A DNA stretch of 57,498 nt, the filler included, from Squatina squatina (Eukaryota): NCBI GenBank assembly GCA_031763465.1. It is 3 parts of 3 records of this genome, joined end to end, with 100 filler letters (N's around TTAATTAATTAA, not from the genome) between each part and the next. Parts side by side here need not be neighbours in the genome. Positions count along the whole stretch, not along the records: positions 29,736 to 57,498 come from JARFOE010000194.1; 2 more parts are not named here. The stretch is one strand, 5' to 3'. Shown here piece after piece: positions 34,993 through 47,244 of the stretch. The stretch's first letter is position 1, and the number at the start of each line of letters is the position of its first letter. Position numbers and translations under genes: made by a program. Below the pieces are notes generated by a model. That model did no database searches. It was not told the origin of the DNA and saw only the letters and a list, made by a program, of their open reading frames with translations.

Positions 34993-37900
34993 TTAGAGTT
35001 CACTGCAACAAAAGCAGAATCTGCCAATTCTTTTAAAAGGGATTCAGACTGTTGTTTNNNNNNNNNNCAGGCAAGGGACTACATTTAGAGTGGATACTTC
35101 ATGTGGAGAAAAGCACTGGAATAGACATGATGGGCTGTATGGCTTGTTTCGATGCTGCAACATTTTGTGATTCCAATTCTTTTTGTTCAGCAGCCTCTAG
35201 TTAATTACCTAAATCAACTGCATTCAATTTATTGAAGGCTTAAAAAACACACGAGAAAACAGATTCAATGCTGAAAATGTATTGCTGCAGTTTGTATTTG
35301 CAAACCCTGATGTGCAATGAGTTCATTAAAAAGATAATATCAATGTGTCCTGGAACAGCTTTTGCATATTAACTGGATATTGGAGACTATCTCATCTGGA
35401 ATAAGTAGCTCTGTTACATCAGAGATATGTTGGATTCCTTCAATGCACAGAAAGTGCAATATGAAGGTGATAACAGCAGTAATGGTAATGAACATGCGAA
35501 ATTTCATAAGATCTTACATTAGAAAATAAACCCATGATATTTACAGTATTCAATCTGTTACAAGGTTTGCTTGAGCTAGCTCTTTTGAGAGGGTAAATGA
35601 ACTGATCTGTGCTAACAAGCTATGGAGCATTTGCTTAGTTAGAAGAAACGTCACCTGACCTTACAGAGGCTTCCGACCATCACAACTACTGGAATTTTCA
35701 TTAAATGTACATAGGGAGGCAAGCACCTCTGCCCGCATAATCCAACTCCTGTTGCTCCCTTTAAATAATGCTGGTGCAACTGTTTCATCCCAGAATTTAT
35801 GAATGAGTTTTAGAATGGGGGAAATCAATCGCTGTGGGAATTGAAATTGTCCTTAAACAGGCACGCAACCTCCATTTACATATATTCATTTTCAGGCGGG
35901 CAGCCTGAGTGACTAAAACCCACCTGACTCATCAGCGCACTTTTGGTGCACATCGGGCCCAAGAGTTTGCCATGTGCTATCGGAAGCTATGAGTTGAATT
36001 TCATCCCCAGTGTGTATGTCATTCATCCTAAGTGCAATTTAAAAAAAAATTGAATTTTAAAAGCAAACAGAAAGCTTCTAATTATCACTTGCTTATCACT
36101 TCTGTTTCTTGATAGTTAGAAAGTGTATACATTCTAACCACAGAGAGCTGTGAGTCAGAACNNNNNNNNNNNNNNNNNNNNNNNNNNNNNNNNNNNNNNN
36201 NNNNNNNNNNNNNNNNNNNNNNNNNNNNNNNNNNNNNNNNNNNNNNNNNNNNNNNNNNNNNTGGAGCAGCAAGCAACAGATATGCAGAACATTTCTAAGC
36301 TTTTAAAGTGCAAAACCCACAAGTGAATGCAATAAATATGTCCCCAAAACCTCCATCCAGCTTTCCATGAGGATCTCTTTAATGATTGCTATTCTCAAAG
36401 GGTTCAATTTTGGGCCAAACAATGTGAAAATTATTAATTCAGCGCATATTGAACATTAGCTCAGAACTCAGTGCAACATTCCTCCTTGGTATCTTTTGCC
36501 TTTAACATATTGTGCACAGTGTACAGATTAGCGGTATGTTACAAGAAGCTAATCTTTTGTGGCATTCCCTTTAGCTGTGCAAAGATCCAGCACAAGAGGG
36601 ACTCAATTAAACAGATATCTGTGGCAGGAATCATTATCCAGTGGGAATGTGTAAATGCAGAACAAAGAACGCAAATGACAGCCGAAGAAAAGGTAACAGT
36701 CAAAAAATGGCATAGGAATAATTTCATTCCCCATAGGAGGATTAGCATGGATTTGTTACCGTGGAAATTTAAATGAAATCAATGTACTGCTTCCAATGTG
36801 TTGGCAGATTTTAAAACAGGAAAGGTTACACAGTTCTACTCCTGATTAGAATTGGTGTTTAAAAACACAGCTGTCCCACATAACAACCTAACTGGTGATG
36901 AAAAGCTAGGCATTAATATCAGGATTTCCCAGAAATAATTAAGCATCAGAAGAACCCGTCTCTTCAGGGAAAAGCTATTTACTTGTAATGTTCTTCTTAT
37001 TGTTTAATTTCATTTTTATTGTTGCCCAGATGGACCTTCCTAAGCAATTTAAATCTGGTTTGAAGGATCATTGCCGATCTACCTTAGGAGAATACTGCAT
37101 GGATTGGGCTGTATTTCCTGTTCTAAACACGACACTCGTGTAAAATAAAAGCCTCTTGTTATTTCTAAAATCTTTTAAGAGCGGATACATAAGACTAGCT
37201 TTAAGTAATTGCACAGAAGAAGAAAAAGAATCTGTACAAATCCCGCAGAGCATCCTGATTTAAAAATGTTTAACTTAAAGAAAGCACAGCCGAATAGATG
37301 AACCCAAAGCATATGTCAAGGGGGATGAGTTGATGGAAGACTTACCCAAGATGAATCTTTACACAAACACATGGCACACACCCCCAACATGAACTGGGCA
37401 AATATTTGTAGAGTGTTACTTATTCAGTATGGAAAAAATATACATTTGGTACTCTCAGACATTTAAAAGAGGACCAACTTTGTGAAAAAATTGTTTGACA
37501 AATCTTATTCTGTGGGGGTTAGAGAAGAGCCAGAAAAGGCATATGTCATTTTAGTTGTAATGACATCACTCTCAAGACATGCAACGATGCCTTTCAATGT
37601 GATTCATGGGACCAGTTCCGAGGACTGTTGCAATGTTGGTGGACCAATGTTTTTCATTCACGACTCATGCCACTAGCACACTGACCTGACCTCATTCAAG
37701 TTCCTGAGATCAGGTCATTAAATCATTCGAAAATGATCCCTGGTCACATTGACCTGGGAGCACNNNNNNNNNNNNNNNNNNNNNNNNNNNNNNNNNNNNN
37801 NNNNNNNNNNNNNNNNNNNNNNNNNNNNNNNNNNNNNNNNNNNNNNNNNNNNNNNNNNNNNNNGCTAGCAAAGCAAATATAATGCTTGGCATCCTCTTCC

Positions 37901-39654
37901 AGATAATGCTATAGCTGTGCAAGCCCATAGAGAGGCTGTTGGGATTGGTTGCAAGATTACGATGACATCACCTACCCAAGTCATGTCATTGACCACGCCT
38001 CCAGTTTTGATGATGGCCCTTTAATGGGTCAGGAAACAAGTATGTTATTAATAAATAGGTACACGGTTCAAATGAGACAGTTTTCCTTGGANNNNNNNNN
38101 NCCACGTTATTAAGTACAATTAGCAGGGCCTGTTAGAAGTCAGCTGCAGGTCTCATTTATTTAAACTGCTAACCTGTCATTTTTTGGTCATGGGCTGTGG
38201 CTGTGTTAGCAGGAGGTTGCTTGATGCAGCTGCAGATCCTGTTTAATTAAAGAGAAGGCGATCAGCTAAACACTTTCCTTCAGCAAAGAATAAAGGTAAC
38301 AAAACAAAAAAAACAAAACCATATCCGGATCAATAGAAAAATTAAAAATATTTATGGTATTTTAATGTTATAAATGACAGCACTTATTTATGTGGGTCAG
38401 ATTATTTTTTAATCTTAATAGATGCTAGAATTGTGCAGTAAGTAAAAAATAAATATAAACCAAGGTCTCATTAATTTGATAGCTTGTCAGTAAAAACCCA
38501 CTGCCTGGGTCGGTCGGGGAGGCCAATGGTGAAAGGAGAATTGTCATCCGGTTAATTATCTTACAGGACAATATAATAGAAGAATGCTTTTCTGAGAGAT
38601 GGCGCAGAAATGGATGAGTTGTTCTCCCAGGAGGGAAAATAATAGACTAATCAAGATTTCCTGGTGGTTGGTACAGAATGGCTGAGGCATGAGACGAAGA
38701 CTGCAGGGCCGCTCTCTCTCATGTATGGGAGGGAGGGGACCTAAGGGGTCAGGGAAATATAGCTTATGAAATGAAGGAGTGTTGATTTCCAGAATTATTT
38801 GTTTGATTGTCTATCTTAATACCTCTTTACTGTGGATCGACATTTGAGGGAGTGAGTACGTTTTTGGGCCCAGTCAAGTAGACTGCAGTCTTTTCCAGTC
38901 CTGTGCATCCCAATGTTCCTAATTACAATGCTGCTTGTTCTAATGAAATCAATGGGTCGTATGGTCCATTACACTGGTGTTACTATATTCCTGCAGATAT
39001 GGAAGTATCATAATACATAGAGCAATTCACATGAATAATGTTTGCTTCAGTGAAACTGGTCAGTAGTATATGCAGTGATGTGAACTTTGATATGGCTAAG
39101 GCAGATCAAGAGAATGTGCAATAGATATACAATATCCCAAAGAACTCATCCATTTTAAAGTTCCTTTGTTAAAATATTGTGGTTAAAAGCATATTAAAAG
39201 TTTGAAGTGTTACTAGAAAAAATGTTGCCTNNNNNNNNNNNNNNNNNNNNNNNNNNNNNNNNNNNNNNNNNNNNNNNNNNNNNNNNNNNNNNNNNNNNNN
39301 NNNNNNNNNNNNNNNNNNNNNNNNNNNNNNTGTGTAAGTTGGAGAATAATTTTATTAACACAGAACAGTTGGTGATATCAGAAAGTAGAATTTGTGAAAC
39401 ACAACAACTGTTGGTTACTGAATTTTCTCATAATTGTTTTCTGATAAAGTTAATGCCACAATCATTTCTCGGTCAGTATGGATGGCCACCTGCATCAAAG
39501 GCATGGAGTGTACTGGCACCTGTTATTGGACTGAATAAAACTGAATAAAACCACCCCACCAAGTTAACGGTGTATAATCATTTAAAATAGCTGATACCAC
39601 TGAGTGATTTCAAGGTGACAACAATAATTAACACAGCATCTATACTCCTCCATT

Positions 39655-39830
39655 AGATAAAAAAACAGCAAATTGAAGTACACAGGAAGTCAGTCAGCAT
39701 CTGAAGCAGGAAGACTAATTAACTTTCAAGTTCTGCTGAAAGGCCCGACACAAACCTACCTTTTCTCGTACAGATTCTGAGCGACCAGCTGCATATTTCC
39801 AGCCTTTGCTGTTTTTATTGCAAATTTCCA
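39655..39830. mobile_element. Old inverted pair of Penelope-like terminal fragments
   Basis: ATAAAAAACAGCAAA...CAGCATCTG on the left faces CAGATTCTG...ATTTCCAGCCTTTGCTGTTTTTAT on the right. The centre AGTTCTGCTGAAAGG is a decayed hammerhead box. Confidence 0.55.
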
Positions 39831-41362
39831 TCAATTGTGGGGTTTGTTTTTATGTCTTGGGTTAACTTGTTTCCTTACTCCCAGGAATCCATTAGCTTTG
39901 TGTGAACAAACACGCAGAATATTTCCCAATCCTTTCATACATTGCACTGCAAACTATAATATTTTGGCCCTGAGCTGCAAGCTGATAGACAGAAGCAAAT
40001 TGGAACAGTGCGAGATCTCCATGTGCATATGGAATAGACGGTGCTAATTCTATTTCAGGAATTGAAGTGCTGGAAAGTTGCAGAAGTACATTTTCCAGAG
40101 AGGAATTTTGAGAGAAGGTCAGGATGGGTGTTTAGTTCTCAGAGACTTTCCAAATAAATTAAAATAACCGTAGGTTAATCGGAGGTTTTAATGGATATGT
40201 TCTTTCTACTGACTCTCCCGCCTATGGATCCTTGTAATACAATCCAACACTTTTAGTTTCGTTGCCATTTTTAGAACATACGTATCTGGGGGACGGCAGT
40301 TTAAAAAAAAGGTTCTTCGATATGATTTGAGAGGCAAAGTTGATCCTGACAGTGAAAACCATAAAAAATATCGCCAAGCACAGCTTGTGCTGCAAGATTG
40401 CTTCCCGCTTCTGCGATCAAACCTCAATTATCTCTGATAGATATCAAAGCAGAGAAATCAAAATCGTCCAGCAAAACGGAAGGCCCTTCAAATTACCGAT
40501 TTTTGAAATGAATGCAAAATGATGCCTCACGACAAACAGCCTGTTTGCAGGTTTGACACCAGTGGAGAGAATGTGCATCTGTTGTGGGGAGGAGTGGGGA
40601 GGGGAAGCGAGAATCACACAGACATGCAGTGTAATTGCTAGGTTTTTTTTCTCTTCCCCCTGAACAATTAAACTGTCAGGAAATTGCGCCGTGTTCCTTT
40701 TTGTGTGAGCTTCAGAGGCGAATGAAACCCGATACTTTGTTCGTGTGCACATAAAACACCGATACGAGCAGCCAAGCATTATTCAGCAGGCGAGGCAGCC
40801 AAACAAGTGGCTTAGCTTTGCTGAAAGGCATTCAACTTTCAGAGCCAGATAATAGGGACCAAGACTAATAAGGGTTCAACGTTCGTAATCTGGGAGACAT
40901 CTCTGTAATATTCGACAATACTAAAGATGAAAATCAATATTTCTGCAGAGTGGAAAGGACAGAATAGAAGTGTTATTTTCAATACCTCATAAACCACTGA
41001 CTTGAATGCTCACCAGTGAAATTCAATAAAATAATTCTCTAATTATTCGACAATCTATCATTCTTCTTGCATTTACACACTCTTCCACTCCCTCTCTATT
41101 CCTTTTGCTGCCTGTCAGCCAATTTAAGGCAATCAGTGTAACCATTAAATGAGAACCGTGCTAGTCACAGAAAAAATATTGGCCTTTCCGAAAATTATGC
41201 ATCATATCTACAAAGCTGTCACTTCTCGGTGAAAGTCTTGGCTGTTTATCCGAGCTGTTTCACAGATTTCTACGGGATGGGTGTTTTGCAATTGCAAGCG
41301 AATGTTGCACAGAATAGTGTCCAGTGTGGGCAATATACAGAGAATGAATGAAGCACACTTAC

Positions 41363-41403
41363 CCTGACAGCTTTGCGATCTTCACAAAGCTAAACACATC
41401 CAT
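41363..41403 (-). CDS. FRMPD4: FRMPD4 (Preso1) canonical first coding exon
   Basis: ATG GAT GTG TTT AGC TTT GTG AAG ATC GCA AAG CTG TCA GG|gtaagt gives MDVFSFVKIAKLS, matching the human FRMPD4 N-terminus as I recall it. It has 41 coding nt, ends in phase 2, and lies downstream of MSL3 on the same strand as in human. Confidence 0.92.
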
Positions 41404-42100
41404 GCATGCAGGAAAATCTTCTGCCCTCACTTCAGCTCCATATTGTGCCTTTATTCAATTAGATTCGGGCTACAGAAAAGAATGCCTTCCTTGTCACTTG
41501 CTCTGAGATGCATGGGTCTATCCACTCCAGGTTTAGGCAGTATTGGCTCTCCCCTGCAAGGCACTGTGCCACAGAATCAGTGTTCAGATTCCCCCACCAC
41601 CCACCCCCAACACCACCCTGCTACCACTGGCCCTTCAGAGCCACTCTCGTTCAAATTTCATCAGTGCAATAATGAGCAGGAGCCGTGCAGGCAGTAGCTC
41701 CGAGGAGAGACGTAAATCACTGCTGCTGGGTGTTGTGTGCTCCTCTGTTCCTCGGCCGGCAGAAAACAAATGCTTCTTTTCGCCTTCTCCCATCTGCTCC
41801 GCTCAAAGCCAGTATGGTGTGACAAGTCAAACAAAGAATTTGCTGGGAGGCAGTGGCCGCAAATTATGACAATAAGCAAATGAGAGGAACTACAGTGTTT
41901 CAGCAGAAAGGCGTCGCGTTTGGCAGACGCACTGTCATTCTGTTTACTACAGGTTCTCGTCTGTTAAATAAAACATAACACTGTGGGTTTAAGTTCTGCC
42001 CTCATTTCAGCCGCTATTTCCCGTCTGCACCTTATGAAGATTAAGACACCTTACCCCACCATACCTAACCCTGTGGGTCGTTATGGCAACTGAATATAAA
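41404..42100 (-). promoter_or_regulatory. Probable FRMPD4 5' UTR and promoter
   Basis: Immediately upstream of the ATG, free of recognisable repeats, with raised GC/CpG at 41680-41930. The transcription start is not determinable from sequence. Confidence 0.5.
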
Positions 42101-43384
42101 TAGTCCCACTGCTAAATGAACACAGGTCGGAGTAGTTCCCTGGAAGTATACAATGCCCCTTCAACCCTTACTGTTTTCACTGACAGATTCATATAAGTTT
42201 AAAAATAGAAGCATTTCACAAACAAACATGGTAAAAACACAGTAGCAAAGATAAATCAACTTAATTTAATTTACCAGCAGTTTAGTTTATAAATCTGGAT
42301 ACTTTCCCCTGTGACTAATTATCAGGGAAATAATGCAATTTCTTGTTAATACATAGGACTGCACAGTACACCATAAAATACCAAATCTTTGCTCACTTTA
42401 AACGGAGGCAGATTTAAGCTCAACCTGCACAATACAGAATAAGGAGAGTATTAGCTGGTTCCAAGCAGATATAGAAAAGCTAAGTGAATGAGCTCATATA
42501 TGACAAATGTCTTTTAGCCTGTCGGTGCAGGCTGTTTGCTGCAATAAAGATTTTCTGTTTTAAGAAACCCTGACTGTTTCGAGCTGCCCTTCTTTCGNNN
42601 NNNNNNNNNNNNNNNNNNNNNNNNNNNNNNNNNNNNNNNNNNNNNNNNNNNNNNNNNNNNNNNNNNNNNNNNNNNNNNNNNNNNNNNNNNNNNNNNNGGA
42701 ACGAAATGGACTGTTGGCACATACACGGTGTTCGGACTGGCACTGCTGTATGCATCACTCATCACATCTGATCACAAAGGAAAACAGGAATAGAAAACGT
42801 GAAATGAGAAATGACCATTCAGCCAAGAATGCTTGTTCCTCCAAATTATATTACAGTTGGCTCAACTTAATTTTCCAATCCAAAGAATAACCAAAAGTAA
42901 AAACAAACTGAAATTATTCTTTGAGTTCCCGCCTCCTGCAAAAGCAATTGGACAAAGATTTCCAGGATAACAGTCCAACATTATTGAACCCTGACAAATT
43001 TTATTTTGAAGTTAGCATTCCAACACGTGATCAGTTTAACCTATAGTTTTTCCCACAATCTTCATTCACTTTTATAACCACATTTTCATCCCGTTATTTT
43101 TTCAGAAATAATCAACAATGCAGAAACTATTTTTGATGGGGATTGGTTCCACCTATCCTGTTATTTTCTCTGACCTCTGGGCATGCTGGAGGTTTTTCAT
43201 TTTGTATGCATGTCTCTTTTTTGTCCTGCAATCAAAATGTAAGTTATATAACCTGCTTACATGCATGCCTTTCAACATTTTAAAGATCTGGATTATGTCT
43301 CTTTCAATCTTCTTTCTTCCAATGACAACAAGCCAAAATTGTCAGTTTATCTTCATAATAGAGTGATTTAAGTCAGAAAATCAT

Positions 43385-43500
43385 CTTTATCACTCTTTTC
43401 TTACCTCTCCCAGTATATCAATGTCCTTTTGAAGACTAGGCATTCGACACCGCATACAATATTCCTAAATTGATTTTACCAATAAGATTTAAAGGGTCAG
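43385..43500 (-). mobile_element. Old, decayed CR1 ORF2 fragment
   Basis: The minus strand resembles the CR1 LYxxLVRPHLEYxVQxWxPxxxKDIxxLExV segment, with indels. Confidence 0.45.
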
Positions 43501-44077
43501 AATAATCTGTTTTGATTTGTGATCAAATGCCCTTGAGATGCATTCCAGATGATTAACCTTGTTGGGAACAGCTGCACATTGACTACATACTCAATAATCA
43601 CATTCAACAGTTTATCTCCATCTCTGCCAATGAACACCTACCGATTGTGAGCGTATGTTTCATGTTCCCTGCAACCAGTTGAAATTACTTGCATTTCAAA
43701 ATCACATTTCATTTGCCGTTCTTTCATTCATCCACTTTATTTGTTCAGATCTGTTGCGATGCTGTCAGCCTCCCAGNNNNNNNNNNNNNNNNNNNNNNNN
43801 NNNNNNNNNNNNNNNNNNNNNNNNNNNNNNNNNNNNNNNNNNNNNNNNNNNNNNNNNNNNNNNNNNNNNNNNNNNNTGTCTGTTATTATTAGCAACAATA
43901 ATTTCAAAGCTATAGTAACTTTTCATACAATCAGTAAACTTTCTGACATATTCCTTGCCTCTTATTATTATAATTTCTCCAGATTTTTCTGTAATTACTT
44001 TGTAGTAACCATGTGAAATCTCCGGTACAGATACCTGTATCTAATTACCAGAAATTAAACATAACACAATACTGAAA

Positions 44078-44237
44078 GGGTTAATGTTCCAACATCACGC
44101 TCCCAGTGGGGAGGCTCACCTGCTGGTCATGAATATTTGAAATTTAGGTCCATGATTTTCCAACTGTGCGGATTTCTCATATGCACTGCTGGTAGGCAAG
44201 CCCTCCTGCTGGGAACGTGAACTTGGAAGATTACCTC
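44078..44237. mobile_element. Short fold-back element (MITE) of about 160 bp
   Basis: Left GGTTAATGTTCCAACATCACGCTCCCAGTGGGGAGGCTCACCTGC aligns with the reverse complement of the right end, GGTAATCTTCCAAGTTCACGTTCCCAGCAGGAGGGCTTGCCTACC. Confidence 0.7.
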
Positions 44238-44654
44238 TGTGATCTGAATTATTTGACAAGGTATGGCAAATTGAGTGTTGTGTTACTGTATAAGTTTAGA
44301 TGAGTAAGTCTATCCTTATATATGGTTTAAGTGCTGTGTATAAACTAAAAGCTAATGCAGGTATGCTCTTGTGCCCAGAAACCTTAAACTAGCCAGCAGG
44401 CACCAGTGTGTCTGGAATGTAATAATGCTCTTTCATTAGTTTAGCATAGAACTCGAGGGATTTACAGCCTGTCTGCCCATTCTGCTTATATGTGTCTATA
44501 ATAAGTAGGTGCACTATGTTTCAGAGGAGCAAGAAACACCCATTCTTTGCACAATTCACTCAGAAACAGACATTGTTAGAGTAACAGATCTAGTTTTATG
44601 TCCATGTTAAATTCACTTTGCTTTCCAGGCAAATCAAAGATGAAACATGACACT

Positions 44655-44880
44655 TAAGCCCTGGGTTGGCTGGCTGTGTGACTTGGAAGGAAATTTGAAG
44701 GCAATGGGGTTCCCATGGTATTGCTGCTTCCTCCCTGTGGTGGAGGCTGCAGGGCTGAGAGGTGCTGTTGAAGCATGCTAGGGAAGTTCCTGCATTGCAT
44801 TCTGTAGGTAGTATGTACTGCAGCCACAGTGCACCAGTGATGGAAGGAGTGGATAGTGAATCTGGTAGGAGGAAGATAAA
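44655..44880 (-). mobile_element. LINE ORF2 C-terminal fragment (CR1/L2 group, a distinct family)
   Basis: IHSFHHWCTVAAVHTTYRMQCRNFPSMLQQHL follows the SLxHRRxVAxxxxxYKM pattern of LINE ORF2 C-termini. Confidence 0.65.
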
Positions 44881-46503
44881 TCGCTCTCACCAAAGCTAAA
44901 GTGAAAGATGCGCCGGAGAACTCGGATCTGTGTGAGATCTAATGGTGCAAGGTCTCTAAGGGATGCAGAAATTAGAGAGGTTGTCATTTCTGGTTCCCCC
45001 AATTCAAAGAGAGGAGAGGCCCTCAGTTTTTCTTTTAAATGTTACTTGCACTGTAATACTGGCTGGGAAAATCCTCAGACCTGCTCACACTTCGACAGAT
45101 GTGCGGTGGCAATCCTGCTTAAACATCGAAACAGGATTTCCGTAACACTTCCGGCAAGTCAATGCCAGTGAATTGGGAGCTGATCTGAGGAATTTCCTGG
45201 CCAGTGAGTTCTAATGATTGGGTTTAAATCTTTATGGGACCAGAATTAAAGCAGCTACCATAGCAAAATAGTCAATATATTCTGGGTGCCATATATATTT
45301 ACACTTTAATGTTAATTATGCAAAACTAAGGGGGGGGCACATATAGGACATGAATCTCCAAGAGGGCTCAGCAAAAAACGTATTAAACCTCTGCTGTCGG
45401 CACAGTTGGCATGGCGGACAAAGGGATTGGGAGATGCACAAAATGCCAGAACTGGTGGAATGCAGGGTTCTCAGGCCGGAGGAGGGTCAAGCAAGAGAGT
45501 TTNNNNNNNNNNNNNNNNNNNNNNNNNNNNNNNNNNNNNNNNNNNNNNNNNNNNNNNNNNNNNNNNNNNNNNNNNNNNNNNNNNNNNNNNNNNNNNNNNN
45601 NNTTAAAGCTAAATCATTCAAACTATGCAGCAAACAGATAAAAATATATTGGCTTGGTTGTGCAGTGCATTACTAATGCACTACAAACGACTCCCTTAGT
45701 AAATTAACAGTTCATAAAATACACTGTTTCATTGTTGTTTCATAGGAATCTAGAAACATGCAGAGATTGTGCTGACACAAAGTTGTTTGGAACTCATGCA
45801 ACAAATATTTCTCAAGTTATCGTGCCCATAGACAGAGGCAGCTGCACCAATTACATTGTTGCCGACTCCTTCAAGGTGAAGATAACATTATTTGATAACG
45901 TGATTGAAGAGAGACGAGAAATGCATGTGCTGTTACATTCTGGGAATGGTCCTGGTGCTCAAGGTCAGAGATGGTTAATGATGCAAAAAATGAATCTTGA
46001 ATAATATTGCTTTGTTGTTTTTTTTTAAAAACAGTCCTGACAATGAGTTTCACCCAAAACATTAAAACCTACAAGTAACTACTGGCAATACGAGCAGGTG
46101 AATGCTTAATATGTTTGAATGAGATTAGCTATTTGGGGAAAGTTTTCTTTGAAATAAGCAGGTTAGTGTTTGTGTTAAAGCAGCATGCAAAAAAATGGGA
46201 AACATGTTGAGTGGTTATTCACTATTTTATCACCAAGAATGATTTCTGGCTTTTCTTTCTGATTTTGGCAGACCTTGTTGTGTATTTCCAGCATTCTCTG
46301 CTTTTATCCCAGATTAGAACAGCTAACTTTTCCGTTGCTGGAATTCTCTCAATTATCCTTTTATACAAGTTACCCAAACCTTTTCTTGTTGATGAACTTT
46401 TTGGTTCAGCATACAAAAATCATTTGGACACCATTTTGTAAAGGGAATCGTTGCCTGTGCACGTTATTACATTGTTGTTCGTCCATAACAGATTTAGTCC
46501 ATA

Positions 46504-46659
46504 CATAGAAACAGAGAAAACATAGAAACATAGAAAATAGGTGCAGGAGTAGGCCATTTGGCCCTTCGAGCCTGCACCGCCATTCATAGAACATAGAACA
46601 TAGAACATACAGCACATAACAGGCCCTTCGGCCCACGATGTTGTGCCGAACCTTTGTCC
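46504..46659 (-). mobile_element. Two abutting CR1-type 3' tails of different subfamilies
   Basis: (CATAGAAA)n-ATAGGTGCAGGAGTAGGCCATTTGGCCCTTCGAGCCTGCACCGCCATTC is directly followed by (ATAGAAC)n-ATACAGCACATAACAGGCCCTTCGGCCCACGATGTTGTGCCGAACCTTTGTCC. Confidence 0.85.
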
Positions 46660-46759
46660 NNNNNNNNNNNNNNNNNNNNNNNNNNNNNNNNNNNNNNNNN
46701 NNNNNNNNNNNNNNNNNNNNNNNNNNNNNNNNNNNNNNNNNNNNNNNNNNNNNNNNNNN

Positions 46760-46835
46760 TGCCTGACCTGCTGAGCTTTTCCAGCAATTTTTGTTTGTAT
46801 TCTAGATTCCAGCATCCGCAGTATTTCGCTTTTGT
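46760..46835 (+). mobile_element. Penelope-like terminal fragment
   Basis: GCCTGACCTGCTGAGCTTTTCCAGC...AGATTCCAGCATCCGCAGTATTTCGCTTTTG, homologous to 20950-21025. Confidence 0.75.
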
Positions 46836-47200
46836 AGTTTAGTTTTTCTGCCTGCCTGATACTGAAAACAAAATACATTCACAGCAAGAAGCAGAACAAC
46901 TGCTTTCCTCATGCTGAGAAATACTCCTCAGATTAATACACAAAACACCATTTACTGAGTATTAAAGCTAATTAAGTTAATAATTAAACATATTAATAAA
47001 GGGATTATGAGCATATTTCAGCACAGCATTAGAAATGCCATATATCGTATTTTAGTCACACAACTCGTTACTACTTAGGCTGTGCATCTTAAGCTATTTA
47101 ATAACCATTCAGTTTAGTCAACATTCTAGAAGCATGTTGAATATTCCTGGAGATAGGTAAAAACAGATTTCACATAATTTAAAGAAAAAAATCTACTCAC

Positions 47201-47244
47201 TGAATAACTGTGAAGATTCCAACCTCATTATCAGAAGGGTCCAT
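47201..47244 (-). CDS. FRMPD4: Probable alternative upstream coding exon of FRMPD4
   Basis: aagATGG start, MDPSDNEVGIFTVI, then CA|gtgagt (phase 2, as for canonical exon 1). The frame stays open upstream (ETFCAGSDTHFETDTLLQPDLGK) to a possible acceptor ttttcag before 47314. It resembles a long human FRMPD4 isoform N-terminus as I recall it (unverified). Confidence 0.7.
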
